Positions 37,280 to 47,000 of a stretch of 64,000 bases of DNA are shown here, in pieces. Both the position numbers and the translations under genes were made by a program. Numbering within the stretch: the first letter of the stretch is position 1; each line of letters begins with the position of its first letter. The DNA comes from Bacteroidales bacterium. Its GTDB lineage: Bacteria > Bacteroidota > Bacteroidia > Bacteroidales > F082. The stretch is taken from NCBI GenBank assembly GCA_900769945.1, contig CAAGIO010000019.1:16414-80413 (forward strand), given 5' to 3'. Below the pieces are notes generated by a model. That model worked only from the letters and a program-made list of their open reading frames with translations. It had not been told where the DNA came from and made no database searches.

Positions 37280-38540
37280 TGAAAATTCTATCTTTGAACG
37301 CCTGAAAGGGAAGAAGGTTCTTGTCTTAGGCTTTGGCAGGGAAGGCCGCTCGTCTTTCTCTTTTATTAACAATAATATCCCTGTGGCAGAGTTGGCTGTC
37401 GCAGATAGAAATGCCGCGGCCCTCACTGATGTTCCCGTCACCTCGTTCTCTGGCGAACACTATTTAGATGCCTTGAATGATTACGATGTGGTTATTAAGA
37501 CTCCCGGTATCTCATTGAAAGACATTGATGTTGATATTAGTAAGATAACGTCGCAAACAGATTTGTTCCTTGAAGCGTTTCATTCTCAGATAATTGGCGT
37601 CACTGGCACAAAAGGGAAAAGCACTACATCTTCCCTGATACATCATCTTCTTCAGTCGTCGGGAAGGAAGTCTTTTCTCGTTGGAAATATCGGTGTTCCG
37701 GTTTTTGAGATAATGGACAAGGTGACAAGCGATTCTATCATCGTATTTGAACTCTCGGCGCATCAGCTTCAGTTTATCCACCGTAGCCCTCATGTCGGTA
37801 TCTTGTTGAATATCTTTGAGGAGCATCTTGACCATTTCGGGACCTTCGAGGCGTATTCAGAAGCGAAGAAGAATATTATTGCAAAGATGACTGCTGACGA
37901 TTGGGCTGTTACAAGCGGCGAGCTCATTGGCAGCGTGTCCCATATTCCTCATATTGTGAATTATGAGTCGTATCCTCTTGATGAAGACTTCGGTGAGATG
38001 CCATTGAAGGGAGAGCATAATAGGAATAACGTCAGGGCGGCCTTGTGTGCCTGCCATTCGTTCGGTGTCCCCGTCGTTGAACTTCTGCCCTCGCTGAAAA
38101 CGTTTAAGCCGTTGGAACACAGGCAGGAACCCGTCGGTACTTTCCACGGAGTATCGTTCTATAATGATAGCATCTCCACTATCCCGCAGGCTACTATTGC
38201 CGCCAACGAGACGATAAAAGATGTCACATTCCTCCTTCTCGGTGGCTATGACCGTAATATTGATTATTCTCCTTTAGTCGAGTATTTGTTGAAAAAGAAG
38301 GTGCCGCATCTTTTGTTCACAGGAAAGGCTGGGCAGCGTATCATGATGATGCTCAAGGAGAAACATTATGATGGCGATGTCGATGTCTTTGAAAACCTTG
38401 ATGAGGCCTTCGACATTATCAGGAGGAAAGCGTCGGTCGGAGACGTGTGCCTTCTTTCTCCGGCGGCAGCGAGCTATGATAGATATAGGAACTTTGAAGA
38501 AAGAGGCTCCGTGTTCAAGTCGTTAGCCCGCGCCTTCTGA
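37272..38540 (+). CDS. Mur-ligase family protein, MurD-like; candidate UDP-MurNAc-L-Ala--L-Glu ligase MurD2
   Basis: N-terminal Rossmann-like VLVLGFGREGRS, the Mur ligase P-loop GVTGTKGKSTT, and a C-terminal Mur ligase domain. 422 aa. It lies outside any dcw cluster and is translationally coupled to the PP-loop gene. Confidence 0.7.
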   Translation: MVSENSIFERLKGKKVLVLGFGREGRSSFSFINNNIPVAELAVADRNAAALTDVPVTSFSGEHYLDALNDYDVVIKTPGISLKDIDVDISKITSQTDLFLEAFHSQIIGVTGTKGKSTTSSLIHHLLQSSGRKSFLVGNIGVPVFEIMDKVTSDSIIVFELSAHQLQFIHRSPHVGILLNIFEEHLDHFGTFEAYSEAKKNIIAKMTADDWAVTSGELIGSVSHIPHIVNYESYPLDEDFGEMPLKGEHNRNNVRAALCACHSFGVPVVELLPSLKTFKPLEHRQEPVGTFHGVSFYNDSISTIPQATIAANETIKDVTFLLLGGYDRNIDYSPLVEYLLKKKVPHLLFTGKAGQRIMMMLKEKHYDGDVDVFENLDEAFDIIRRKASVGDVCLLSPAAASYDRYRNFEERGSVFKSLARAF

Positions 38541-38561
38541 CAAGAGCCTCCCACAATTCTC

Positions 38562-39308
38562 TTATTCAACGACATCGTGAAATGGTAATGTCGCCTTTCT
38601 TGGCTTCAAGGCAGTCTTTTCTGCATTGTCAAAGTAGAAAAGGCATAAGTCACCCCACTGGTTGTAGTCGTAAATCTTCCCACAGACAACGTTCTGGCTG
38701 ATATTGTTGTGATACATATACACCATGGTCGAGTCGTTAGCATGGAAAATAGAGTCAAAAGAGAAATAGTCGCTAAGGTATTTGTTTACAAGGGCTTCGT
38801 AGTTGCTCCTGATATAGACGTCGGACTGAATGTAGGTGTTGTCCTTTAAGAAGAAGTCCATCTGCCAGCAGGCTTTTGAGTAGCCGGGGTCATGTGCGCC
38901 ATAGATGAAGATGCTGTCCCCGAAGTTGTAGTCGGGATTGCCGAATAACGACTTGATATGCATGCCTGTACAACCGAAATCGAATGTCGGCTCCTCAAAA
39001 AGAATGACTTCCACGTTAATCTCATGCTTCTGGTACCCGTTGTTGAATGATATTGTCGCGTTACCAATACTTTTGGCCTCTATCTCGCCATTGCTGTGGC
39101 ATGCCACAATATATTCGTTACTCGATTTATATGTCACGTCATAGTCTGACTCGACGTTGAGTTTCTTCTTGTTGCCGAAAACCATCACGATGCTGTCTTC
39201 TCCATTGTAAGTCAAATCGGTTGTAAGAATGTTATCCTTATTTTTCTTATTACAAGCAGAAAATGAGAATAAAAGAGCTGTTAATGCGATTAGGATTGTA
39301 TTTCTCAT
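38562..39308 (-). CDS. Lipoprotein of unknown function
   Basis: MRNTILIALTALLFSFSACNKKNKDN is a lipobox with Cys. 248 aa, Tyr/Asn/Asp-rich beta-type composition. No recognisable catalytic motif. Confidence 0.5.
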   Translation of the reverse strand: MRNTILIALTALLFSFSACNKKNKDNILTTDLTYNGEDSIVMVFGNKKKLNVESDYDVTYKSSNEYIVACHSNGEIEAKSIGNATISFNNGYQKHEINVEVILFEEPTFDFGCTGMHIKSLFGNPDYNFGDSIFIYGAHDPGYSKACWQMDFFLKDNTYIQSDVYIRSNYEALVNKYLSDYFSFDSIFHANDSTMVYMYHNNISQNVVCGKIYDYNQWGDLCLFYFDNAEKTALKPRKATLPFHDVVE

Positions 39309-39368
39309 AAATTTACATTTATGGTTGCAAAAATATAAAAAAAGTTGTTTAGTTTTGAGAAAAAAATA

Positions 39369-39376
39369 TAAATTTG
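39369..39376 (+). promoter_or_regulatory. Bacteroidetes sigma-A -7 box (TAAATTTG matches TAnnTTTG) upstream of gcvP
   Basis: Exact consensus match about 38 nt upstream of the gcvP ATG, in an AT-rich divergent intergenic region. Confidence 0.35.
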
Positions 39377-39413
39377 CAAATCTTGAAATAAATACTAATT
39401 AATACATATCTAT

Positions 39414-42281
39414 ATGATTAACAATAACTTCATTAAGCGTCATAATGGACCTACAGAAGCAGATGAAAAGAAAATGCTTGAGGTTATAGGCGTTAATTCT
39501 ACAGAACAGCTTGTAGATGAGATCATTTCTCCTGATATTCGTCTTGACCATGAACTCAATATTGGTCGTGGATTGAATGAATATGAATGCATTAGCCACC
39601 TTAAGGAGCTTGGGGCAAAGAATAAGCAGTACAAGTCGTTTATCGGAATGGGATATTATAATGTCATTACACCGGGTGTTATCACTCGTAATATTCTTGA
39701 GAATCCGGGTTGGTACACGGCATATACTCCATATCAGGCAGAGATTTCACAGGGACGTCTTGAGGCTTTGTTTAATTTCCAAACTGTCATTAGCGATTTG
39801 ACATCTATGCCTCTTGCGAACGCGTCGTTGCTTGATGAGGCCACTGCGGCTGCAGAGACAATGATAATGTTCTACCATGAACGCACCCGTGCGCAGGTCA
39901 AGGCTGGCGTGAACAAGATTTTCGTTGCTGACGACATGTTCCCTCAGACTATAGAGGTTATCAAGACAAGGGCTCACTTCCTCGGAATAGAAGTTGTTGT
40001 TGATGACATAAAGAACTTCACGGCAGGTGAGGAGTATTTCGGCGTCTTGGTCCAGAATCCTAACCAATATGGTCGCATTATCGACTATCGTGAGGATGTT
40101 AAGGTGTGGAAAGAGAAGGGCATGCAGGTGGGTGTCGCCTCTGACCTGATGAGCCTCGCCTTGATAGCTCCTGCCGGCGAATGGGGTGCTGACGTGGTGT
40201 TCGGCTCGAACCAGCGCTTCGGTCTCCCAATGGGCTTCGGCGGTCCTCACGCAGGATTCTTCGCAACGACAGAAGCCTACAAACGCAGCATGCCGGGCCG
40301 TATCATCGGTCTCTCAAAAGATGCCCTCGGCAACCCAGCATACCGCCTCGCTCTGCAGACACGCGAACAGCATATCAAACGCGAGAAAGCTACCTCGAAT
40401 ATCTGCACCGCACAAGCTCTCCTCGCTATCATGTCGGGATTCTATGCCGTGTATCATGGACAAGAAGGCATAAGGGAAATAGCAAGACATATCAATATCC
40501 TGACTTGCGTGCTTGATAAAGAGATGCGTAAGATTGGTGTTAAACAGCTTAACGATTATTATTTCGATACTCTGTACTTCGAGCTTCCTGAAAATGCTTG
40601 CACCTGCGCTCTCAATGAGAAGGCTCTCGAACATAAGATGAACTTCCGTATCATCGACAAACAACACTTCGGAATAAGCTTGGACGAGACAACAACTCTT
40701 GAAGATGTTAACGAGATTGTAGGCCTCACCGCCGAATTGCTCGGTGTCGCTCACGAAGATTATGTCTGCTGCCCAAAATGCTGCCAAGAACTCAACGGTA
40801 TCCAAGAAGGCATGCGTCGTACCTCAGCCTATCTCACAGCCCCTGTGTTCTCAAAATATCGCAGCGAGACAGACATGATGCGCTATATGAAAAAACTTGA
40901 GGACCGTGACCTCGGACTTAACCGCTCAATGATTCCTCTCGGCTCTTGCACCATGAAACTTAACCCAGCAACGGCAATGTTCGCCCTCAGCTGGCCTGAA
41001 TTTGGCAATATACACCCATACGTTCCTGAAAACCAAGTAGAAGGCTACCTAGAAATGATTAATGAACTTGAGAAAGACTTGTGCGAGATAACAGGCTTCA
41101 AGGGAATGTCATTCATGCCTAACTCAGGTGCAAGTGGTGAGTACGCCGGATTGCTTACTATACGCCGTTATCAGGAGTCGTTAGGTCAAGGCCATCGTAA
41201 TATCTGCCTCATCCCGGCTTCTGCTCACGGTACAAACCCTGCATCAGCAGCAATGGCCGGACTACAAGTGGTTGTCGTGAAATGCGATGAGAACGGTAAC
41301 ATCGACCTCGCAGACGCAAAGGCTAAAGCAGCACAATATAAGGATAACCTCGCCGCATTTATGGTCACTTATCCTTCTACACACGGTATCTATGAGGACG
41401 GCATCCGCACCCTCGTGGCAGCAGTCCATGAGAATGGCGGCCAAGTGTATATGGACGGCGCTAATATGAACGCTCAGGTCGGTCTCACCTGCCCAGGCTT
41501 CATCGGCGCTGATGTGTGCCACCTTAACCTCCACAAGACTTTCGCTATCCCTCACGGCGGCGGCGGTCCAGGCGTTGGCCCAATAGGTGTGGCAGCTCAC
41601 CTCGTTCCTTTCCTCCCAAGCCACGTCTGCTTCCATACAGGCGGCTCAGAACAAAAAGGCGCAGTGTCAGCAGCTCCTTTCGGTAGCGCACAAATCCTCA
41701 CTATCACCTACTGCTATATCAAGATGTTGGGCGGTGAAGGCCTTAAGAAAGCTACAATGGGTGCTATACTTAACGCTAACTACCTGAAAGACAGATTGAA
41801 AGACTACTACCCAATACTCTATACAGGCAATAACGGCCACGTGGCACACGAAATGATTCTCGACATCAATCAAATCAGACGCACAACGGGCATCGCCGCC
41901 ATCGACATCGCAAAACGACTGATGGACTATGGCTTCCACGCCCCAACAGTGGCATTCCCTGTTCATGAGACACTGATGGTCGAACCTACTGAAAGCGAAC
42001 CTCTCGCCGAACTCGACCGCTTCGTTGACGCCATGATTAAAATTAGACAGGAAATAAAGGATATCGAAGATGGTAAAGCCGCCCAAAACGACAATATCAT
42101 CACTCACGCTCCTTATACCGCCGAAATGCTTATGGCTAACGACTGGAACTTCTCGTTCTCTCGCGAAGAAGCCGGATTCCCTCTCAAATCTGATGTCCAA
42201 GATAAGTATTTCCCTCACGTGACAAGAATCGATGACGCTTATGGCGATAGAAACCTTGTCTGCAGAATAGTTGAAGACTAA
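39414..42281 (+). CDS. gcvP: Glycine dehydrogenase (decarboxylating), glycine cleavage system P protein
   Basis: 955 aa single-chain GcvP with two PLP-dependent domains. The assignment rests on this architecture and on overall similarity to known GcvP recognised by eye. Confidence 0.93.
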   Translation: MINNNFIKRHNGPTEADEKKMLEVIGVNSTEQLVDEIISPDIRLDHELNIGRGLNEYECISHLKELGAKNKQYKSFIGMGYYNVITPGVITRNILENPGWYTAYTPYQAEISQGRLEALFNFQTVISDLTSMPLANASLLDEATAAAETMIMFYHERTRAQVKAGVNKIFVADDMFPQTIEVIKTRAHFLGIEVVVDDIKNFTAGEEYFGVLVQNPNQYGRIIDYREDVKVWKEKGMQVGVASDLMSLALIAPAGEWGADVVFGSNQRFGLPMGFGGPHAGFFATTEAYKRSMPGRIIGLSKDALGNPAYRLALQTREQHIKREKATSNICTAQALLAIMSGFYAVYHGQEGIREIARHINILTCVLDKEMRKIGVKQLNDYYFDTLYFELPENACTCALNEKALEHKMNFRIIDKQHFGISLDETTTLEDVNEIVGLTAELLGVAHEDYVCCPKCCQELNGIQEGMRRTSAYLTAPVFSKYRSETDMMRYMKKLEDRDLGLNRSMIPLGSCTMKLNPATAMFALSWPEFGNIHPYVPENQVEGYLEMINELEKDLCEITGFKGMSFMPNSGASGEYAGLLTIRRYQESLGQGHRNICLIPASAHGTNPASAAMAGLQVVVVKCDENGNIDLADAKAKAAQYKDNLAAFMVTYPSTHGIYEDGIRTLVAAVHENGGQVYMDGANMNAQVGLTCPGFIGADVCHLNLHKTFAIPHGGGGPGVGPIGVAAHLVPFLPSHVCFHTGGSEQKGAVSAAPFGSAQILTITYCYIKMLGGEGLKKATMGAILNANYLKDRLKDYYPILYTGNNGHVAHEMILDINQIRRTTGIAAIDIAKRLMDYGFHAPTVAFPVHETLMVEPTESEPLAELDRFVDAMIKIRQEIKDIEDGKAAQNDNIITHAPYTAEMLMANDWNFSFSREEAGFPLKSDVQDKYFPHVTRIDDAYGDRNLVCRIVED

Positions 42282-42304
42282 GATATACTGCACATAAGTT
42301 TTTG

Positions 42305-42337
42305 GGGTCTCTTCTTTTGAAGAGACCTCTTTTTTTA
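42305..42337 (+). terminator. Rho-independent terminator of gcvP
   Basis: GGTCTCTTC-TTTT-GAAGAGACC, a perfect 9-bp stem with a 4-nt loop, followed by TCTTTTTTT. Confidence 0.7.
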
Positions 42338-42437
42338 CCACCGCCAATTATCTAATCAAAAATAATATGGGAGACATTTTCTGCTCCCATATTTCACAAT
42401 TATTTCCTAATAATTCTTATGCTTTATCTTAAGCATC

Positions 42438-42956
42438 TTATTTTTTGAGTAATAAATATGTGAGATAAATGATAATCAACGTTAACCCGAAAAGCAGGAA
42501 CCTCGGGAAAATAAGCGACATCACTAATAACACTAAGAGGAAATTGAGTATTATCACCACAATCTTCTTGGTCGGCGGTAGCGTCATCCACAAATATAGA
42601 AGCTTCATCTTCGTCTTTTTCCACCAGCTCATTGAATGGCTGCTCCCGCTATATGCACGACCGTCGTTAACCGTTTCGGCATTGATAACCTCCATCTCTT
42701 TCACCTTAACCTTTATGGTCTTCGACGCCTCCTTCCCGTTATATAACGCTATGATTGTCAACTTCGTCTTGCCTTTTGAACGGTTTAACCTGAATCGTTT
42801 GATTCCCGATGCCTCAACGTCTATGGTGTTCGTCTTAAACCCGTTGTCAATAATAAGTCTAACACTATCAGCGGGATTACAACTCCATTGAATACTAATG
42901 ACATCACCCTCTGTTACCGTGTCGGTGTCTGTTGTAAATGTGATTTGTGGCTTCAT
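42438..42956 (-). CDS. Small tail-anchored membrane protein (N-terminal soluble beta-rich domain, two C-terminal TM helices), unknown function
   Basis: Start chosen at MKPQITF. The C-terminus IVVIILNFLLVLLVMSLIF...GLTLIIIYLTYLLL is strongly hydrophobic. There is no signal peptide. Confidence 0.45.
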   Translation of the reverse strand: MKPQITFTTDTDTVTEGDVISIQWSCNPADSVRLIIDNGFKTNTIDVEASGIKRFRLNRSKGKTKLTIIALYNGKEASKTIKVKVKEMEVINAETVNDGRAYSGSSHSMSWWKKTKMKLLYLWMTLPPTKKIVVIILNFLLVLLVMSLIFPRFLLFGLTLIIIYLTYLLLKK

Positions 42957-43101
42957 TATCTTTTTTTGCAAAATTACTGTTACTACATGAATTTTTCCAC
43001 GCTTTTCAAGAATTATGCCATTTTGCTCAATGAAATCTTTTTTTTTATAAAGAAGCACTCGCGTATAGATAAAATAGGCTATCTTTACAAAAATTTTCAA
43101 G

Positions 43102-43929
43102 ATGATACCTTCTGCTGTTTATAAGATATTTTTTAGTGCCACGGGAACCACTGAACGCGTCGTTGATGCTGTTGCTGATGGCATTGCCTCTGTCATCGAT
43201 ACGGCTCATGTCAGGAAATACGATTTCACACTTCCTAAGGCTCGTCTCTCTTTCCCAATACTACGCCCCGATGAGCTTGTGATTTTCGGAGTGCCTACAT
43301 ACGCAGGGCGCGTGCCTAACGTCTTGCTGAAATATCTTGATACGATAAATGGAAATGGTGCCTTCGCCGTCCCTGTAGTGACTTTTGGAAACCGCGCCTT
43401 TGACAACTCTCTCATTGAACTGAGAAACATCCTTGAAAATAAAGGGTTTAGGACTATCGCTGCCGCCGCGTTCTCTTGTGAACACTCCTTCTCTCTCTCG
43501 CTCGGCGCCGGTCGTCCCGATGCTGATGATTTCGCTTTCGCAGCGAAATTCTCTTCTCTGCTACTTGAAAAAATGAAGAATATCGACATCGAATCCTATT
43601 CACATTCACCAATCAGTGTTGACGGTGATGCTTGCGCCGGTTATTTCCAGCCAACTACTGATGAAGGAAAAGCTATTGATATTCGTAAAGTTAAGCCTAA
43701 GACTTCGGATAAATGCGACAATTGTGCTCTCTGTGCCAATCTGTGTCCTATGGGTTCTATCTCGCCTGACAACTGCAGCTCTATTACTGGAATATGTATC
43801 AAATGTGGGGCGTGCATAAAGAAATGCCCTAAAGGTGCGAAGTATTTTGATGATGAGGATTTCCTGTTCCATAAGTGCCAGATAGAACGCGACTATCAGC
43901 GGAGGGCGCAGAATAAACTCTTTGTGTGA
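43102..43929 (+). CDS. EFR1-family ferredoxin (flavodoxin-like domain plus 2x[4Fe-4S] dicluster domain)
   Basis: N-terminal KIFFSATGTTERV flavodoxin-like start. The C-terminus has CDNCALCANLCP and CIKCGACIKKCP cluster motifs. Confidence 0.7.
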   Translation: MIPSAVYKIFFSATGTTERVVDAVADGIASVIDTAHVRKYDFTLPKARLSFPILRPDELVIFGVPTYAGRVPNVLLKYLDTINGNGAFAVPVVTFGNRAFDNSLIELRNILENKGFRTIAAAAFSCEHSFSLSLGAGRPDADDFAFAAKFSSLLLEKMKNIDIESYSHSPISVDGDACAGYFQPTTDEGKAIDIRKVKPKTSDKCDNCALCANLCPMGSISPDNCSSITGICIKCGACIKKCPKGAKYFDDEDFLFHKCQIERDYQRRAQNKLFV

Positions 43930-43960
43930 TAACATCATTTTTATGAAGGATGAATAAATG

Positions 43961-43999
43961 AAAAAGGCAGGTGCCTCGAATTGAAACACCTGCCTTTTG
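43961..43999. terminator. Bidirectional rho-independent terminator between convergent genes
   Basis: AAAAA-AGGCAGGTG-(13-nt loop)-CACCTGCCT-TTTT, a perfect 9-bp stem flanked by an A-run and a T-run. It sits between the EFR1 gene (+) and the giant T9SS gene (-). Confidence 0.65.
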
Positions 44000-44018
44000 A
44001 TTGTTGTACCGTAAGTGA

Positions 44019-47000
44019 CTATCTCTCAACGATGACCTTCACGTTCTTTACAAAACTGTTGTTGTATGTTCTGACGATGTATGCGCCATTTCTTAAGTCG
44101 TGATTGATGATGTTGTCACCGGTTGAAATAGTCTGTCTGATTACAGGCTGACCAGCGATGTTATATACCGCCATCTCAAGACTGCCGTTTGTGTTGTTCT
44201 TGACAATGAATGAGTTGCGAACGCTTATTATTACTAAGTCTGACTCGCTTTCTTCATCGATGCTTAAGGTCTCTTTTACTTCACCTGATAACGACACCAT
44301 GGTTTCTACTCCTGAGGCAGCAATAGCCACTTCACTTTCGTATGTGTTAACATCAAGGGCGTTAAGTCTTACATAGATTGTAGTAGGTTCGATAGTGCCG
44401 TTTTCAAATGGCAACTCAATGCTTGTCGAGAATGTTGTCTCGTCTAATGACATCTCGAAATCGTTCTGAGTGTTGATGTTGAGTGTTATCATGCCGCTGT
44501 CGGAGCCGTCTTCGCCAACGAGGTTTCCGGCTGTGAGAACGAATTGCTGTACCTCTGAAGGTCCATCACCATAGAAATACTCGAAACCGTTGAGCGAGTT
44601 TGGTGTTACGGTGATGTACGGGTCAGTGCTGAGGCTTGCATAAAGCATGATGTCGTCAACTTCCCAAGCTGCTGCTCCATCTGTAGCGCTGCTTGTATAT
44701 TTGAATGCGATATAGCAAATCATGCCGGAGAAAGCGTTAAGTGAGATCTCTCCTGACTCAACCCACTCATAGTTTCCTTCTGACATGTTGAATGTCAACG
44801 GCTGCCATGTTGCTGATGAAATGTCTTGACCATCGAAGTCGTTTGAGAAGAATAACTCAAGAGCCGGTCCCTCGAACTTGGTGGCGTTCATAAATGACAA
44901 GATGACATTCTGTCCAGCATATTCCGAAAGGTTGAACTCCGGCGAGATGCACCATTGCTCATTATCTACATCGTCACCATAACCATTTGCATTGGCATAT
45001 TTGTTGCCTGCGTAAGTAGCAATTGTCCATGGCTTGTTGCCGTTTACTGTGACAAACGACCAGCCGTTCATCTCACCTTCCCAATCTTGACTGAATATCA
45101 CGTCAACATCGGTGATGACATTGTAGTAAGCTGATGCCACGTTGCTGTCGGTATAACCGTCCTTTATTGCTATTGCCTTGATAGTCATCTCTGAATCGAT
45201 ATGTATTGCCTCGGTATAAACCTCTGATTCTGAAGAAGGCTCGCTGCCGTCAGTCGTATAGTAGATGGTGGCGTCTTCTGTCGCGCAAGCAATCTCAACG
45301 TCTATCTCGTTGTAATATGTTCCTGATGCCATGCTGAATGTTGGGGTTGCGACTGTTGGTGTCACTGAGCCGCCTTGTACGAACAGGTCGAGGAAGAAGT
45401 TGTAGTCTGATGAAGCGATGTTTGTCGTTGAATATGCGCCGAACTTGTTTGAAGCGTTCATGGCGATACCTCTTGTGTCGTAGTCGGTGTTTCTGAAGAC
45501 GAAGCCTGAGTAGTTAGGAATCATAGCGTTAGCCTCTGAAGTCTCGTATGCAACAGTCCATTGTGAGTATTGGTTGCCAGCGAAGTTGGTGCTGCTTCCT
45601 GCGTATCCGAGGGCATCGCCATTGGTGTTGGTGAGTGTGATAAGCCCGTCTTCAACAGTGACGTTCCAGAGATATGTGGCGGCATCGTCGGCTATTGCAG
45701 AAGGCAGTTTCTCAATGCCACCGTTGATTTCTGATGAGAATAACACGCCGTCTGGCTTGCCTGACACCACCGCCGGCATTGCATAATAACCGTTGCCTGT
45801 CGTCTCATCATAACGTGCCGCGAGTATTACTTGTGAGCCATTGGCAAGCTCGTTGACGGAATAAATCTTATTCCAATCTTCGCCCTGCTCAACAACGTTT
45901 CCACTTAATGAAACAGTAATTTCATCGAGTTGTGAGTCGATGCTGACGCTGCCGTCGTAGGTGTTTACAGCGAGGTCTGCTGCCATTCTGAAATACACTG
46001 TCTGTTCAATGCTTCCGGCAACAGGGGTGAGGGTTATTGTAGATTGTGCCACGAAAGCCTCTCCTGATGTGAGTGACATCTCGAATGATGTGCCGGCAAG
46101 TGTTATGACGACGTCTTCATTCAGGTTGATAGCTGAAATGTTGACGGATTGCTCTGATGATGGACCATTGCCCTCTGTATAGCTGAAGTTGAGGCTTGTA
46201 GGGGTGACGTTGATGTTAGGGGCAGAGGTGAAGCCGAGAAGGATGATGTCGTCAATCTCCCAGCTTGCCGCTTCTGTCTCTGTTGAGGTGTATTTGAAAC
46301 CGATATGGCAGTTGTCTCCGCTATATCCGTCCAAAGAAATGACACCCGACTCAACCCATTCGTAGTTACCTGCTGATAATGTGAATGATAATGGCTGCCA
46401 TGTCGCTGTGGCAGGATTCTGCCCGTCATAATTGTTTGAAATCATGAGTTCAAGTGCCGGACCGGTGAATTTTGTAGCGTTCATGAATGTCAATGAGACG
46501 TTGCTGTAGCTGTCGATGTTGAAGGCAGGGGAGATGCACCATTGCTCGTTTACGCCGCCGTTATAACCGTTTGCGTTAGCGTATTTGTTGTTGTTGTATG
46601 ACGCTATTGTCCATGCATTGCTGCCCTCTACTGATACGAACGTCCAACCGTTCATTTCTCCTTCCCAATCCTGACTGAAGATTGTAGTGGCTCCAAGGAT
46701 GATGGTGTATTCCGCTGTGGCGATATTGCTGTTAACGAATCCATCTTTTATTGCTAATGCCTTGATAGTCATGCTTTCTTCAACAACGATAGGCTCTGAA
46801 TATACTGATGAGCTTGTTGTAGGCTCTGTTCCATCTGTAGTGAAGTAGATGGTGGCGTCAGGTGTTGCAGTGGCGATAGTAACTGTCTGTGCCTCAAAGT
46901 ATGTGCCGGCTTCTGGTGTGAATGTAGGCATTGCAACGGTAGGTGTGCCGCCTGCCTTAACAAACATGTCGATGTAGAAGTTGTAGTTGGCAGCGTTAGC

